A DNA stretch of 64,000 bases from the human T2T-CHM13v2.0 reference genome, Homo sapiens: the NCBI RefSeq assembly GCF_009914755.1, contig NC_060941.1. One strand, 5' to 3'. The first letter of the stretch is position 1, and every line of letters begins with the position of its first letter. The notes below the pieces were generated by a model. The model worked only from the letters and a program-made list of their open reading frames with translations, was not told the DNA's origin and ran no database searches. Shown one piece after another: positions 31,236 through 46,373 of this stretch. Position numbers and translations under genes: made by a program.

Positions 31236-31761
31236 CTACTTTCAATTGCGGGTTTAAGGAAGTGTTTTAGGTAAAATCTGAGGGATAAGAAAGAACTGAC
31301 TAATAGAGACCCTGAGTCTCTGAACTAGACCAATGATGGGGATTTCTTTAAAAAATTGAAATACCTTTTTAACTTTTCCCAGGCATTTTCATAGGGTGAA
31401 GACAAAGGGTAACAGGATGTGAAGCTGAGGAAGGATTTTCTGAGTCCACTTCTATCTACTATTAAGATGAACCCCAATTCTCCATTTTGGCAGTTGTTTA
31501 TTGATCAATCTTAGATTTAAGAATTGTGGGGTTCTACCTTTTCTCATTCTTCCTGGGAATCTGAGTTGAACAATTAAGTTGTTCAATTATGGTTAAATGT
31601 TGAACAATTAGTATTAATCAGGTTTTTATTAAGATTTGAACAACATTGCCTTCCACGGTATACTCTCTAACAAGTACCTATTGTACAAGTGTCCTGTTTT
31701 TCCAATTAAGGACAGAACAATGGGAATGATTAAATTTTTAAATAGAAGTTGAGTAGGTTAA

Positions 31762-32566
31762 TGTAATTGCCTGGTGGGTTCTTCTTGCCTACTGCACAGA
31801 TAGAGTCAATTCACTGAGTTAGTGGTATTGCATTAAAGAAAGAGTTTAATTAATGCAAGGCTACTCAGGCAGAAGGTGAGAGTTTATTACTCAAATCATC
31901 TCCCTGAGAACTCAGAGGCTAGGGTTTTTATGGGCAATTTGGCAGGCAGGGGCTAGGGAATGGGTGCTGCTGATTGGTTGGGGGAGAAATCATAAGGGTG
32001 TGGAAAATGGTCCTCGTGCACTGAGCCTCTGGCTGGGGAGCCATGAGTTACGGGTCTTGTGGAAAATGGTCCTTGTGCACTGAGTTAGCCTCTGGCTAGG
32101 GAGCCATGAGTTATGGGTCTTGGTGGAGTCAGTAGGTTGCCAGAATGCAGAAGTCTAAAAAATATCTCAAAAGACCAATCTTAGGTTCTATAATAGTGAT
32201 GTTATCTGTAGGAGCAATTGGGGAAGTTACAAATCTTGTGATCTCTGTCACAGTAAATGACTATAGAAAGGCAAGCTATGCCTACATTTTAGCAGAATGC
32301 AGGCCCCTCCCATAATCCTATTCGTGTCGCCTTTCATTAGTCTTATAAAGGCAAGTTTCAATCCCTGAATAAGAAAGGGGTCAGTTTTAGGGAGGGGCTA
32401 CTATCACCCTTGTGGCAAAGTTAAGCTATGAACGAAATTCATCCCATAGTTAGCTTGTCCTACTCCAAGAAATGAATGAGGGTGGCCAGCCTGTGAGGCT
32501 AGAAGCAAAATGGAATCAGCCATGCTAGACTTTCTTACTGTCATCATCTTTGCAAAGGCAGTTTCA
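31762..32566 (-). mobile_element. LTR8A/B-like ERV1 solo LTR
   Basis: TG...CA ends (TTTGCAAAGGCAGTTTCA), perfect 4-bp TSD TTAA. Confidence 0.8.
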
Positions 32567-33249
32567 TTAAGACAAAATATATCTAAATATAAGCCCACTC
32601 CACTACTACACATTGTACCTCCTGGTATTGTTTAGAATGACTTTTCCCCTGTCTTTCCTTTTTTCAGGGCCAATGTATTCTTCAATAAATAAATGTGACT
32701 TGATTTCAACACATAAGAATGAATGATTGAAGCGTCAAAGTTCTAAGCCATGGAGCATGGCTGTAAAAACTTTACTCCAAATACTTTTAAAAGCGGATAC
32801 TATTTAATAACCATGTAGGTTATTTAAAAAGTTGAAGTGAAGCACTCATAAAATGTCTAATTTTGAGAATTGTAAATTCTCGTGTCCTTTGCCAAAGAAA
32901 GCATTTGTAAAATGTAATTGCCAAAGAGGTTGCTACATTATTTTTTGGAAGACTTAACAACTTAGCAAAATACATGAAAAGGCAACTTAGCCATCCCTTG
33001 AAAGACTCGGCAGGACTTTACCAGGTAATGAAGTGTGTCCTGTGTGTAGGGATTGGGGTTGAAGAGATATTTGGGGGAAGGACAGAGAGTTAAAAGGTGG
33101 AAAAGTCACTACAAGCAGATGGAGAAGCAGGGACGGAAGTGTGGAGGTGGAGGGAACACATCACATGTAGAAAGACAGCTACAGTTTGATGGGAAGTAGG
33201 ATGGGTAGATTGTCAACACCATTAGATTGGGAGCTTTGTTTATCTAATT

Positions 33250-33472
33250 CAGGGGGTTGGCTAACTATTGCCTACTGGCCAAAAGTTTTTGTAAATAAAG
33301 GTGTATCAGAGCAAGGTCATGCCCTTTTGATTACATATTGTCTGTGACTGCTTTTGCCCTACAATGGCAGAGTGGTGCAGAAACCACCACTGCTGCTGCG
33401 GAAACAGTGTGGCTAACGAAGCCCAAAATATTTACTATCTGGCCCTTTCTAGATGAAGTTGTTGACTTCTGA
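33250..33472. mobile_element. MER58A
   Basis: CAGGGGGTTGGC...GTTTTTGTAAATAAAG...AAAATATTTACTATCTGGCCCTTT. Confidence 0.85.
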
Positions 33473-34254
33473 TCTAACTCTGCCATGTCCCCTGGTATGG
33501 AGATTCCAGTGTATTGCCTGGCGTGTGGTAGGTGCTCAATATACTGGTGATTCATATTGAATTGAAGCATTCGCTGGTATTCAGATAATGAAGGGGCCTA
33601 TTGTGGTTCTTTTTGTTAAGAAGGTGGAGCTTTATCTTAATGGTAAAGCATTTTGAGCCATGTATTCATGCACGCATTCATTTATTCATTCTCATTCTTT
33701 GAGACTCACCTCTAGCCTGAATTGGCCTCCCTCTACTCTGTCTCTCTAGCAAACTGGGCAAAACATTGATCAGACTGTTTTTCTGTGGGCCGGTTTCTCC
33801 CCTAGACTGAACTACTTGAAGGAAAAGGGTATTTCCTTTGTCTCTGTATTCGCCAGGCATGACACAATGCCTGCAACCTTGGGGGACCTTGATAAATATT
33901 CTTTGAATGAATGAAACAAACATTTGTCAAGCACTATTTTGAATGAATCAAAAAATCCAGAGATAATGCTGATTTGAGGAGACACTTGTGTTCATAAGAA
34001 TTATGTGGAAGTGCTTTATAATCTAAACAGAACTACACAAATGGAAAATTCTTTTATTGTTTAGAAACTCTTTCTACTTCTATGTATCTTAAGTGTGTAA
34101 GCTCCTTCAAGAATTAATGACAAGAAAACAGATGGAGTTTGGGGCCAGACAGATCTCAGTTCAAATTCTAGCTTTTCTTCAATTTCTAATAATGAGCAAC
34201 TTGATTTGCACTAGCCTAAACCAGGATCACTTTTTTAAAAAAATATATTTTTAA

Positions 34255-34573
<319 letters not shown>

Positions 34574-34574
34574 T

Positions 34575-34776
34575 TTAAAATTTCAATAGCTTTTGGGGTA
34601 CAAGTGGTACCTGAATGAACTGTACACTGGTGAAGTCTAAGATTTAGTCTGCCGGCCACTTGAGTAGTGTACATTGTACCCAATATGTAGTTTTTTATTC
34701 CTTACCTGCCTTCCAAGTCTCCAAAGTCCATTATTCCACTCACTCTGTATGCCTTTGCCAACCCATAGTTTAGCTC
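34575..34776 (-). mobile_element. L1PB-type 3' end fragment
   Basis: TTTCAATAGCTTTTGGGGTACAAGTGG...GTACATTGTACCCAAT. Confidence 0.75.
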
Positions 34777-37245
34777 AAGAGGCTCACCTTTTTAATAATG
34801 CAAATGCAAATGAAAACTTTTATTGAGTCCCATGGAAGAATGTTCATCCCTACTATTTGGATAACCCACATTTTTAAACAGAAGAATATCCCTGAGAAAA
34901 GTGGCTCTGCTTTTAGCCACTGAGTGTCTTTGGGAAGCAATAACGCACAGGGTTGTTTTAGAAAATATTTTGTCTCACAGATTTCTTTAGCGTTCAAAGT
35001 GAGTTTACATGCACTATCTCATTCAATCACCAAAATACACAGTGAAATATTATTAAATATATTACCCCAGTTAAACATAGAGCTACCTAGCAATTTCACT
35101 TGTAAGTATACACCCCAAATAATTTAAAACAGATATTTAAAAAAAAACTCGTACATGGATGTTGACAAAAACACTATTCATCATAGTCAATAGAAGGAGA
35201 AAGGACAAAATGGTGGAAAATGCAGAATCTTTGATTCCCGGGTGGCCATATGGCCATCCACGGTATGGAACTCCAGGTGTGCTGTGCTCAGTTACTAAAG
35301 AAAACATTAGCAGTGAAATTTAAAGATGAATTCAACTCCTGGGGAGTTGGTTCACTGGATACATAAGGAAATGCAAACCAACAAGGAAAAAGTGAAATAT
35401 TTAAACCCTTGGTTATCGTTATCTATAGTAGCTAACATGAAAGTAAAAGAGTGCTGGGTTGGGCCTTGAGGCTGATGTGGGTCTGTCTGAGCTCATGTCA
35501 CTAGCCTCAAAGCTACCCACAAAGGGGGAAAGTTATGCCCAAGGCAAGAGATCTGTGAGTACCAAGAAGGTAGTCAACACAGGGGAGGGCAAAACCAAGT
35601 AACTATGGAAACCAGAGGGGATAGTGTGAAGGAATTGTTCCATTTAGTAGATTGGTATCATCAGCTCACAGTGGAACCATTACTAAAGTGGGTAGTGAGA
35701 ATAACATGTTTGAGATGTGTGTCTTTGCTTTTAAATGCTGCAGACTAAAAAAACGTTTGGGTTGATTCAGGCCCCACAGCTCACTATTGAATAATCGCAG
35801 ATATGTGATTTAGACACACAGGTGGGTATTCCCGAGGGAACAGCCAGCCTGATGGGCTGGATAAAAGTCCTGTAAGGTCTGTTTACCCTGAGAAGGCAGA
35901 CTGCTCAACTCCACCCACAAATGCCAAGTGGACACCCCAGGTAAGGCAGCTGGTGAGTTTTGTATCCAAGCCATGTAGGACTGGCTAATTTATAATGACA
36001 GGGATATTCACCCACTGAATGTGCCCATTCTCCAGGTCATGGTAAATGCTGTGGTTAAGGGGACCCCTTTTGCTTCGGCACCTCATTACAGCCGCAAAAC
36101 CAAAAGACAGTCCAGGAAGCCTTACCTAAATTTGCTGTCTCAATTTCCCATTTGCTAACTTCAATGTCCAAAACACTGATGGAGTGAAACTCAAAGGAAA
36201 AAGGAAAGGAGAGAGTCAATGGAAATTTTGAAAATAATTATTAAGAAATGCAGTGAGTAAAATGAAAATTAATGGGTTAAAACAACGGTCTTAATACAAG
36301 GCTACAGAAGGTTGAGTGGACCAAAGTTAGCCCCTGCTAGTTCCCCGATACTAAAGGGCCTCAAACTGGTTTTCTATATTTACTCCAGAGTGGAGGGAAA
36401 AAAATCAGAAGGCGAAAATTCCAAAGAAAACGTCGGCCAACTATTGCTGGAGCAATACTGAGGCAGGTTAATCAACATAAAGAGGGAGAAAGGGCCTGGA
36501 TCCCTTGGCTCAACTACCTGCTGGAAACGCAAAGCCTTTTTCTCAAGACAGGGTTAAATGGTCTTGAAGAAAGTTGGTCTTGGAGAAGAAAAGTTTCTGG
36601 GACTAGAAAATAAAATGGAAAGGTTAATACGTTTATGAAGGTTAGAATATTTAAACAGGCTTTATGTAAAGTACTTGTGTCTTCTTCACCTAAATGTTTT
36701 TATGAAAAACATTCTGATGGGGGACTTTGGGAAGAGAGGAATATTTTGGGACTTTGGGAAGAGAGGAATTCATACAGGTATTATAAGCACAGTCTAATGG
36801 TGAGTGTTTGGCTTGGCTTCTGGCCTTGAGGGAATCCAAAATTTCTTATAAAAGTTTCAGAAAAGCCAACTTAAAAGGAGCGCATGACTGATCACTATTT
36901 TTGTGACACTTTATGCAAATAATCAGGCAAAGTAGAATAAAACTAAAATTTATTTTGCAAATAAATCTGTCCTACTATGATTTATCCTTGGCAGAAATGG
37001 GGAGACTGGAGAGAGAAAAATTTAGATTCTGGCCCTGGCCATTGTTTTGAAGTTTTTATTATTTGCCTACAGTTTGGGCTGATCCTGAATTGTTTTCTGG
37101 CTGCAACAAGTCTCTAAAGAAGAACCAGGTTTACTTTTTTTTCACAATGCTTTTAGTTGCCTTCTTAATGGAATGGCTTCTTTTTTTGTTGTTCTGGCTT
37201 ACAGATTCTCTTTTCATTGTAATCCTGTGTGCATTATATTTCTAC

Positions 37246-38321
<1,076 letters not shown>

Positions 38322-38580
38322 TTACAATTTAAATTACTAATGTTATGTATCTCATTGTTTTACTTCTGAGAAAAACAAAGTCACCGTATTCTGAAGACTA
38401 GAGCTGATTAAACAGCCTGTGAATCTCCCTGATTTGGAATCCCACTGGGCCTGATCTGTTTTTCATTGGCAAAGCACAGCTGCTAAAGCTATACCACATC
38501 AAGCATCCTCCCTAAAGGCTGAGGGAACATCGTGGAAGAGCGGGGAATGTGAGATTCTAAGAACCAGATTGTGGATGGAG

Positions 38581-38994
38581 TGTGTAGGTCAGAACAACTT
38601 GGGTGCCAATCAGCCATGTTGGCTTCTGATTAACCCCTGTTCTGAGAATGTCTGTAAGATTTCTAGTTTATCCATTGTTCCTTGTGTAACAGCAAGTACT
38701 TATCATAAATCCTGACCTTAGGTCCAACAACCTTGAGATTATAGTACTTCAAGTGTTCTACATATCCCTTCTGAATCACCCTTTCTTTATGGTATATAAG
38801 CCCTGGCTCTGGGGGGTAACGGCACAAGGATCTACCATCTTACCTTGCCGCTTCCTGAGACACAGTCATGGTTTCTGTTTGTAAGTCCCTATTAAATGCT
38901 CCTGAGAGACTGGATTTGTCAACCTCTTTCTTTGGTCTTTCAGCTTCCTTGGACTTTGGGAGTAGGTTTGCCCAGACCTAACCATGTTGGAACA
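38581..38994 (+). mobile_element. LTR47-like ERVL 3' LTR
   Basis: TG start, TATATAAG box, ATTAAA signal, ...GGAACA end. Confidence 0.7.
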
Positions 38995-39120
38995 GTACGA
39001 ATAAACAAAATGTTCACAGTTACCACTGAAATTACACCACCTGTGATGAAAGAAAGCTGGGTGGGCATTCACTCAACAATGGCCATCCATTGCTCAGCAT
39101 TATCTGTCCTAATGGCTTTT

Positions 39121-39416
39121 TTGTTTGTTTTTTTGAGATGGAATCTTGCTCTGTCTCCCAGGCTGGAGTGCAATGGTGTGATCTTGGCTCACTGCAACCT
39201 CCGCCCCCTGGGTTCAAGTGATTCTGCTGCTTCAGCCTTCTGAGTAGCTGAGATTACAGGTGCCCACCACCACGCCCAGCCACTTTTTGTGTTTTTAGTA
39301 GAGATGGGGTTTCACCATGTTGGCCAGGCTGGTCTTGAACTCCTGACCTCAAGTGATCCGCTTGCCTCGACCTCCCAAAGTGCTGGGATTACAAGAGCGA
39401 GCCACTGCACCTGGCT
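39121..39416 (-). mobile_element. AluS
   Basis: TSD TGTCCTAATGGCTTTT. Confidence 0.95.
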
Positions 39417-41599
39417 TTGTCCTAATGGCTTTTGCTGCCCATTATCCCCACCTCAAATCTTTTGTTAACATTTGCTCAGCCATTCTAGATTTTTGCCCCC
39501 AACACCCTTGACTCTTGGAACCTTGTGGGATGCTAAATAACTGGGGAAAGGCAGCAAAAAGGCAGATTGCTCACGTGAAACATCCAAGGGTTTATCATCA
39601 AGTTTCACCTTTGGCTCTAATCCAAAGCATATATCTCTTATTGATTCTGTGGATTTTCCAGTTTTCCTTCCATTTGAACCTCTGTGCTTGTGAAGGGGTC
39701 CTCAAGGGCTGGACTCAGCATGATAAAGGTTGGAGTTAGGACTTATCTGCAAGTGACCATCCTACATTTGAAGGTCAAGAGGTAAGAGGCAGGGGCTCAC
39801 CTGGAGGAAAGAGGCAGGGGCTCAGAGAAGGCTTCTTCTTTGTGCTTGTGCTCTTTGCTCCCTCTCCCATATGGGATGGGTCCCACCTAAGTCTCCTGTG
39901 TGTACCATTTTCATCATTCTCCCTCATACTTACACTTGGTAGAAGAGGAATCTTCCTGCAGCATAATTCTTACTCCCCAAGAGGAGATTCAGTGGGGAAG
40001 ATGCATTAATAACTCTACAAATCTCGAGATTGGACTCACTGTTATTATGGGAGAAGATCTGAATATGTCCTCTTATATCCAGATGAACTAGAACCATCTC
40101 ATGGGACAAGATAATGAGCTTAGAGAGTTTTACAGGAGGAAAAACATGAGCTTGTTTTAGTATTATAGACTAATGCAGAGACCAAAGCTGAGAGACTCTA
40201 TGTGAACCTGCCCAAATCAGTCTTAACCCTTAGTTCACACTCAATAATACTGGCCCTTTCATTTATTTATTTCTTAATAGATTTACTGATTTTCTCAATG
40301 CTAAGCAGATGGAAGCTGCATCTGCTGAGGGGAAACATTCCATAGGTTAATTTCTTTCCTCCTGACTCAGAAAGAGGGAATTCCTGCAACTGCTGAAGAA
40401 TTTTGCACACTCTAGTTTCCCTGCTACAGAAGGCCAAACATCCACTGAGTCCTTTCTGAAGGTGACTTCTTTGCTCTTTCCCCAAATGTCTAAGCCACAC
40501 AGGCTCCTGCACTCCTCTCAGGTTTCTAAGTGAGGGGTAAGCTGTTCTGAGCACAGCCCAGGCACCCCACACAGCACATGAAAATTTGATGTGTGCAATA
40601 AAGGCTGTCTTGCTTAATGCATTCAGCCCTTTTGTCCGTGGGAGCTAATATCCTTTTGGGAAATACTGTGATTTCAGCTGAAATGTCGGGGAAGGGGAGG
40701 GCGGAGAGGGAATGTGGGACTCTGCCATACAACCCCTTACTCCAACCACTTAATAACTTGGCTAAAAGCCACGATCGATATAGAGCTGTCAGCTGGGCTC
40801 CAGCCCTCCCAGCCTTCCCAATCAATCAACAAGATTTAGTGAGCCACCAGTTGGAATCTATGTCACATAAAAAGTGTGGGTTCCTAGACCAGTCCTAGAG
40901 AGACTAATTAATTCCTCCTGGGCACTTGCATTAGTTTCCACTTGCAGAATGGTAGCCTATTGATGGAGGCCCAGCTGTTAGACCTTCCCAAGTGTACCTA
41001 GGACAAGTAGGCATTTTGCATGTGATCCACTCATTTCTGCATTTTTTCTCACTAAACATAACTCTTCCATCAGTTAATAGTCTATTTTTTTAAATGGAGT
41101 TGTGGTTGAGGAAAGGGAAAGATTGCAGTCTTACTAATGTGCCAAGTTTTTACATTCATTTTTGAACTTATTCTTCCATGAGGTATGCTATAATTTTTAC
41201 TTAAGAGATAGTTGTAACTATGACTAATTTTTTTCATATGAGGAAATCGTGGCAAGGCTGCCCTTCCCTCAAGAGGAGCCAAGAGTGAACCCCGAGCAGT
41301 GGGCCTAAGACCTCAGCTCCCAGAAAACCTATCCAGCCTTGATAAGGATCAGGAAGGAGTCTCTGGAGTTTGGAATGAGACTGAGCTTCTCCAGCCTCCT
41401 CACCTCCAACGACAGAGTCCAGAGTCAGTTCTAGACACACACCCTTCTCTGCGTTTCAATGCTTTCAGCCCTACTACTAATTGCCCTGAGTCCTTCATAA
41501 CAAATCTCATTTTCCCCTGTATCTCTGTTCAATTCCACTACACACAAGGCTCCAGATTCCTAGGTTACCATGTTTCTTAGCCCATTAACTCCCCAAATG

Positions 41600-43018
41600 C
41601 ACTCCATATTCTCATGCATTTCCTATCTATCCTCATCTCATGGAAACCATCCATGGTGACATCAGGAATTCCTGGTCCATCATTAGCCAAATTCTGTGTC
41701 TTCAACCTTTCCTCTGGATGGACCTTTTTTCTTCTTGCTGTAACGGGGACCTGGCTTTCATTGAGGGAAGTTTTCTCTGCCACTCTCTAAGTGATGGCTT
41801 GCTTCTCTCCCATCCCTTTTCCTTATACCTCAGAGTCTCCTGGTTTGTCATTTCTTCTTTCAGACCAGGCTTTCTCCCACCTTCATTCAAATCCCCATTG
41901 AACTCTCATGTTATCAGGCTATGTCAGACCCTATCCTCCAGTACTACTTCTCTTGACCAAGCACTCAGGTCTCACACTTCTTGACAGTTTTGCATCCTTG
42001 AAGGCCATCTCACTGTCTCCAACACCACTCTCATCTTAATTCTTGAAGATTTCACAAACCGTTAGATAATTTTCTCTGTTCTTGAATTCCTCTCCTCCCT
42101 TGAAGTTATATTCTACCCTAGCTTGGCCATTCACTCCTGTGGTCTTATCCTAGAACTCTTCATGATCAATGATTACAACTTGTCATAATGTCTATTTTAT
42201 GCAACTCTTTTTGACCACTACCTCCTATGTTTTAACTCATTGCGTCTAATAACTAACTCTAACAATTTTCCAATCTCGCAGGGACAGTCCATCCACTGAT
42301 CTGATCATTCCCCTGCCCACTGCATCGTGATGTTATGGCTTCCCTCCTCATGCAGTTTAAAGTCCATGGCTGACTATTATTTTTATATCCTTGTATGTGC
42401 CTTCAACTTCCTTGCATGTCTCACACTGTTTTATTCTCCCTGCTCCATGCCTGCACCCATGCAGCTGAATAAGGCTTGAAAACAAAAAAAATATAAACCT
42501 AAGATGATTCTTTTGTTGACTCATGACTACAAACATAATGTTGGGAGCAGTAATATATTTCCTAGTTCATCCATTCTCCTCTCTCAAATAACTGGTTGAT
42601 ATCTTCTCCTCTCACCTCAGAAATCCCCTAGGCTTCCTCACATACCCGCACTATTGGCTGATGACTTACTTCCTGTATCACTGGGAAAATGAAGCAATCT
42701 GAAGAGGGCTTCCTCAAATTCCCACCACCAAATCCATCCACTTACGGCATCTGCACCGTATGCTTTACCTTCTGGACCATTTTTCTAGATGAACTGTCTG
42801 TGTTCCCATAGTAAGCCAATCTTGTTTTTATACTTTCATTCTATCCGTTCTCCTCTACTCTGTGACATCACACTGGCGATTCTCCCTGCTGTCTTTTACA
42901 GTGTCAGTTTCTCTCCCTCTCCAGTAACACACTGTTACTTGTTCCATCTTACAGAGCAAAACTTTCTATTGGCCCCACTTCCTCACCAGCTACTGCCTAC
43001 TGTCTCCGCTCCTTTTTG
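41600..43018 (+). mobile_element. L2 fossil covering the ORF2 N-terminus and endonuclease
   Basis: NSWSIISQI and SHVIRLCQTL in ORF 41640..41984; ILEDF near 42040; HSCGLILEL near 42132. Confidence 0.7.
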
Positions 43019-43103
43019 GATTTAGCAATAGCCTGGACAAAGTCACTTTGATGGAGTGATTGAAGCAAAAAACAAGTTGGAGCAGGTTTAAGAGAGAAGG
43101 GGA

Positions 43104-43413
<310 letters not shown>

Positions 43414-44293
43414 TTATCTTAAATTTAGTGAGTTAAAGTCACAGGAAAAGAACCTGGGAACAGTAGGTTTACATTTATATGATGCTCATCAGAAGCCAGG
43501 CATGTTCACAGGACTGGAATACAGATGGAGGTAGAGAGATGCAGAACTCTGCTCTTTCTCTCAAAGAGCTCTGGCCTGGGACAGAGACAGGGATGAACAG
43601 AATGGGTTGGGCAGGCTGGGGACTTGACTGCATGCTAACAACCAGACAGAGGTCTTTGCCCTACCTTTGTCTGCCGTAGACTTCAACTTGTAGACACTCA
43701 CAACTTTGCTTTCTCAGGTGTCCACACTGTTTCTTTCTTAACCTCACCTGAGCTGCACATCTTCCAGGCAGACCAGGCTCACCTAAGAGCAGACTTGACC
43801 CTGTGCTGAGATGGAGCATGCTACTTCACCCAGCCCTCGAGGCTGCAGGGCTGGAATCATATAGTGGGATTGGCCTTGCTTCTTTCCTGTGCTCTCAAGG
43901 GAGACGAACTGGGCCTGCCCTCCAGGTTTTGTCTCTTGAACTCCTGGAATATTTTTCTCCCCTCTAAGGGAGAAGAGCAGCTGAGGTTCTATCTATCCCT
44001 CCAGGTCTCAACCCTGCTCTTGCCATAACATGGATGCCCATGGATGGATCCTCCCTTTAACAGCCCCCTTCCTTTCTTTCTCCAGAAAACATGTTGGAAT
44101 ACAATTGACCAAGAGTAGGATGATTCTAAGGATGACTTTGGTGCGGCTTTGATTCAGCTTAAAAGTAAATTACTTGCAAATATTGACATTTTAACCACCA
44201 CTAATAACTTATGACTAGCATTCTCCTCACAAGGAATAAGCCCACTCCCTGTAGTTGAGACTAAAGGGCTCTCAAGTTCAGCTAAAGTACAAG

Positions 44294-44578
44294 CAGGGTT
44301 CCCACAGGTCACCCAAATGGGCAAAAGGCCTGGGTGGGAACTGTAACTAGCCTGCAGGGGGCCAAAGTCTACTTTCCTCCAGTTCATTGCCAGTGTTGAC
44401 TGCCCAGATATGACCCATCTTCTGAGTTTTCCACAAAAGCTGGAAATCTAGATTTTCAGGGAAATCTGCTTTATAAATGTTGATGACTAATTAAAAATCT
44501 TCAAAAATGCTGGGCATGACAAACAAAATACAACTGTAATCTGAGTTTGGCCTATGGGCAGATATCCAGCCAACTCTG
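44294..44578. mobile_element. MER102-like hAT element, opposite orientation to the 5.2-kb copy
   Basis: AAGCTGGAAATCTAGATTTT...AAACAAAATACAACTG...TTTGGCCTATGGGC. Confidence 0.6.
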
Positions 44579-44942
44579 CTCTCCGACCTCTGAGTCTGGG
44601 CATTCCCAAGATGGCCTCATCGCAGCCCTTGCAGCTCTGTGTGTCTACCTGAGATCCCACCCAGCTTCCCAGGTCAGTATTTCAGCACCATACCCTTATA
44701 TCAAGTTTCTTCCTTGCTGTCTGGGGTGACTGGGAGAGGAGGGGCTCCTGCATCCCAGAGGTGGAGAGAAGTGAAGAGAGAGCAAAGTTGGTGTTTTTGT
44801 TTGTTTTGGGTTGGAGGAAGGAGTGCACACAGCCTGATGTGGAGCAGTCTTGCACTTCCCTGGGGTCTGACGCCAGAACAGCATCCGCCATTGTCCTGTT
44901 CCCCTGAGTCAGTGTACGGTGTGAAGGATGATGCAGAAGGAT

Positions 44943-45310
44943 ACTCACTCACTCACTCACCACTCACTCACTCACCTGTTCATTCATTTGCTTATTTATT
45001 CACTCATTCATTCACTCACCTACTCACTCATTCACTCATTCACTCACTTATTCATCTGCGTATTCACTCACTCACTTACACATTCACTCATTCACTCACC
45101 TACTCACTCATTCACTCATTCATTCACTCACACACCTACTCACGTATTCACTTATTTATTCAGTCATCCATTCACTCACTCATTCACTTATTTATTCACT
45201 CATTCATTCACTCATTTATTTACTCATTCATCACTCACCAACTCTTTCATTCACTCACTCATTTATTCACTCACTCACTCACTCATTCATTCCCTCAAAC
45301 ATTCATTCAC
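44943..45310. repeat. Degenerate (CATT/CACT)n repeat, about 370 bp
   Basis: Direct; abuts an L2 3' end. Confidence 0.95.
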
Positions 45311-45952
45311 AAAGTATTTATAAAACACCTGTCAGGACTCTTGTGGACATTAGGAATTCAGCAGGGGAAAAACAATCAAGAACCTGCCTTCCTGAGGCTT
45401 ACATTCTGGTGAGGAGGCAGGGATGAACAGACAATAAACAAGTAGATGTGTCACCTAATATGTATCTGGAGCTGAAAACTGCTATTAAGAAAAATAAGGC
45501 AGATAAAAGGCAAAAAATGATTAGTTTAAATGGAGGAAAGAGAAAGGCCAGTCTGAGGAGGTGTCATTTAAGAAAGATCAGGAGGAAGTGAGAGAGCAAG
45601 CCTTCTAAGTACTCAAGGGAAGAGCTTTTCAGCAGGAAGGAGAGCAAGTTTGGAGGTCCTGAGTGAGGGTGTGTTTGGCCTTCCAAGGAATAGCATGAAG
45701 ACTCAGAGTGGCTGGAGAGAAGTGAGATGATGGGAGGACACAGAGAGGACTGGAAAGGAAATCAAAGACCAGGCATTGGACCTTTGGGCAGTGACATGAT
45801 GGGAGCCTCTGAAGGATGAAAGCTGAGGGGAGGCATGATCTGATTTCCATTTTAAAAGGATCCCTCTGGCTATGGTGTTGACAATAGACTACGGGGGCAG
45901 GCGTGGAAGCAGGGAGCTGAGTGAGCAGGCTGTTTCAGGGGTCCAGGACTGA

Positions 45953-46373
<421 letters not shown>

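Noticed and set aside
34798-34811. Two overlapping ATGCAAAT octamers
   Set aside because: Isolated motif in AT-rich DNA with no supporting context
44639-45412. 257-aa His/Ser-rich ORF, the longest in the track
   Set aside because: Open only because the CATT/CACT repeat lacks stops; it runs into antisense L2 and has no ATG start or domain
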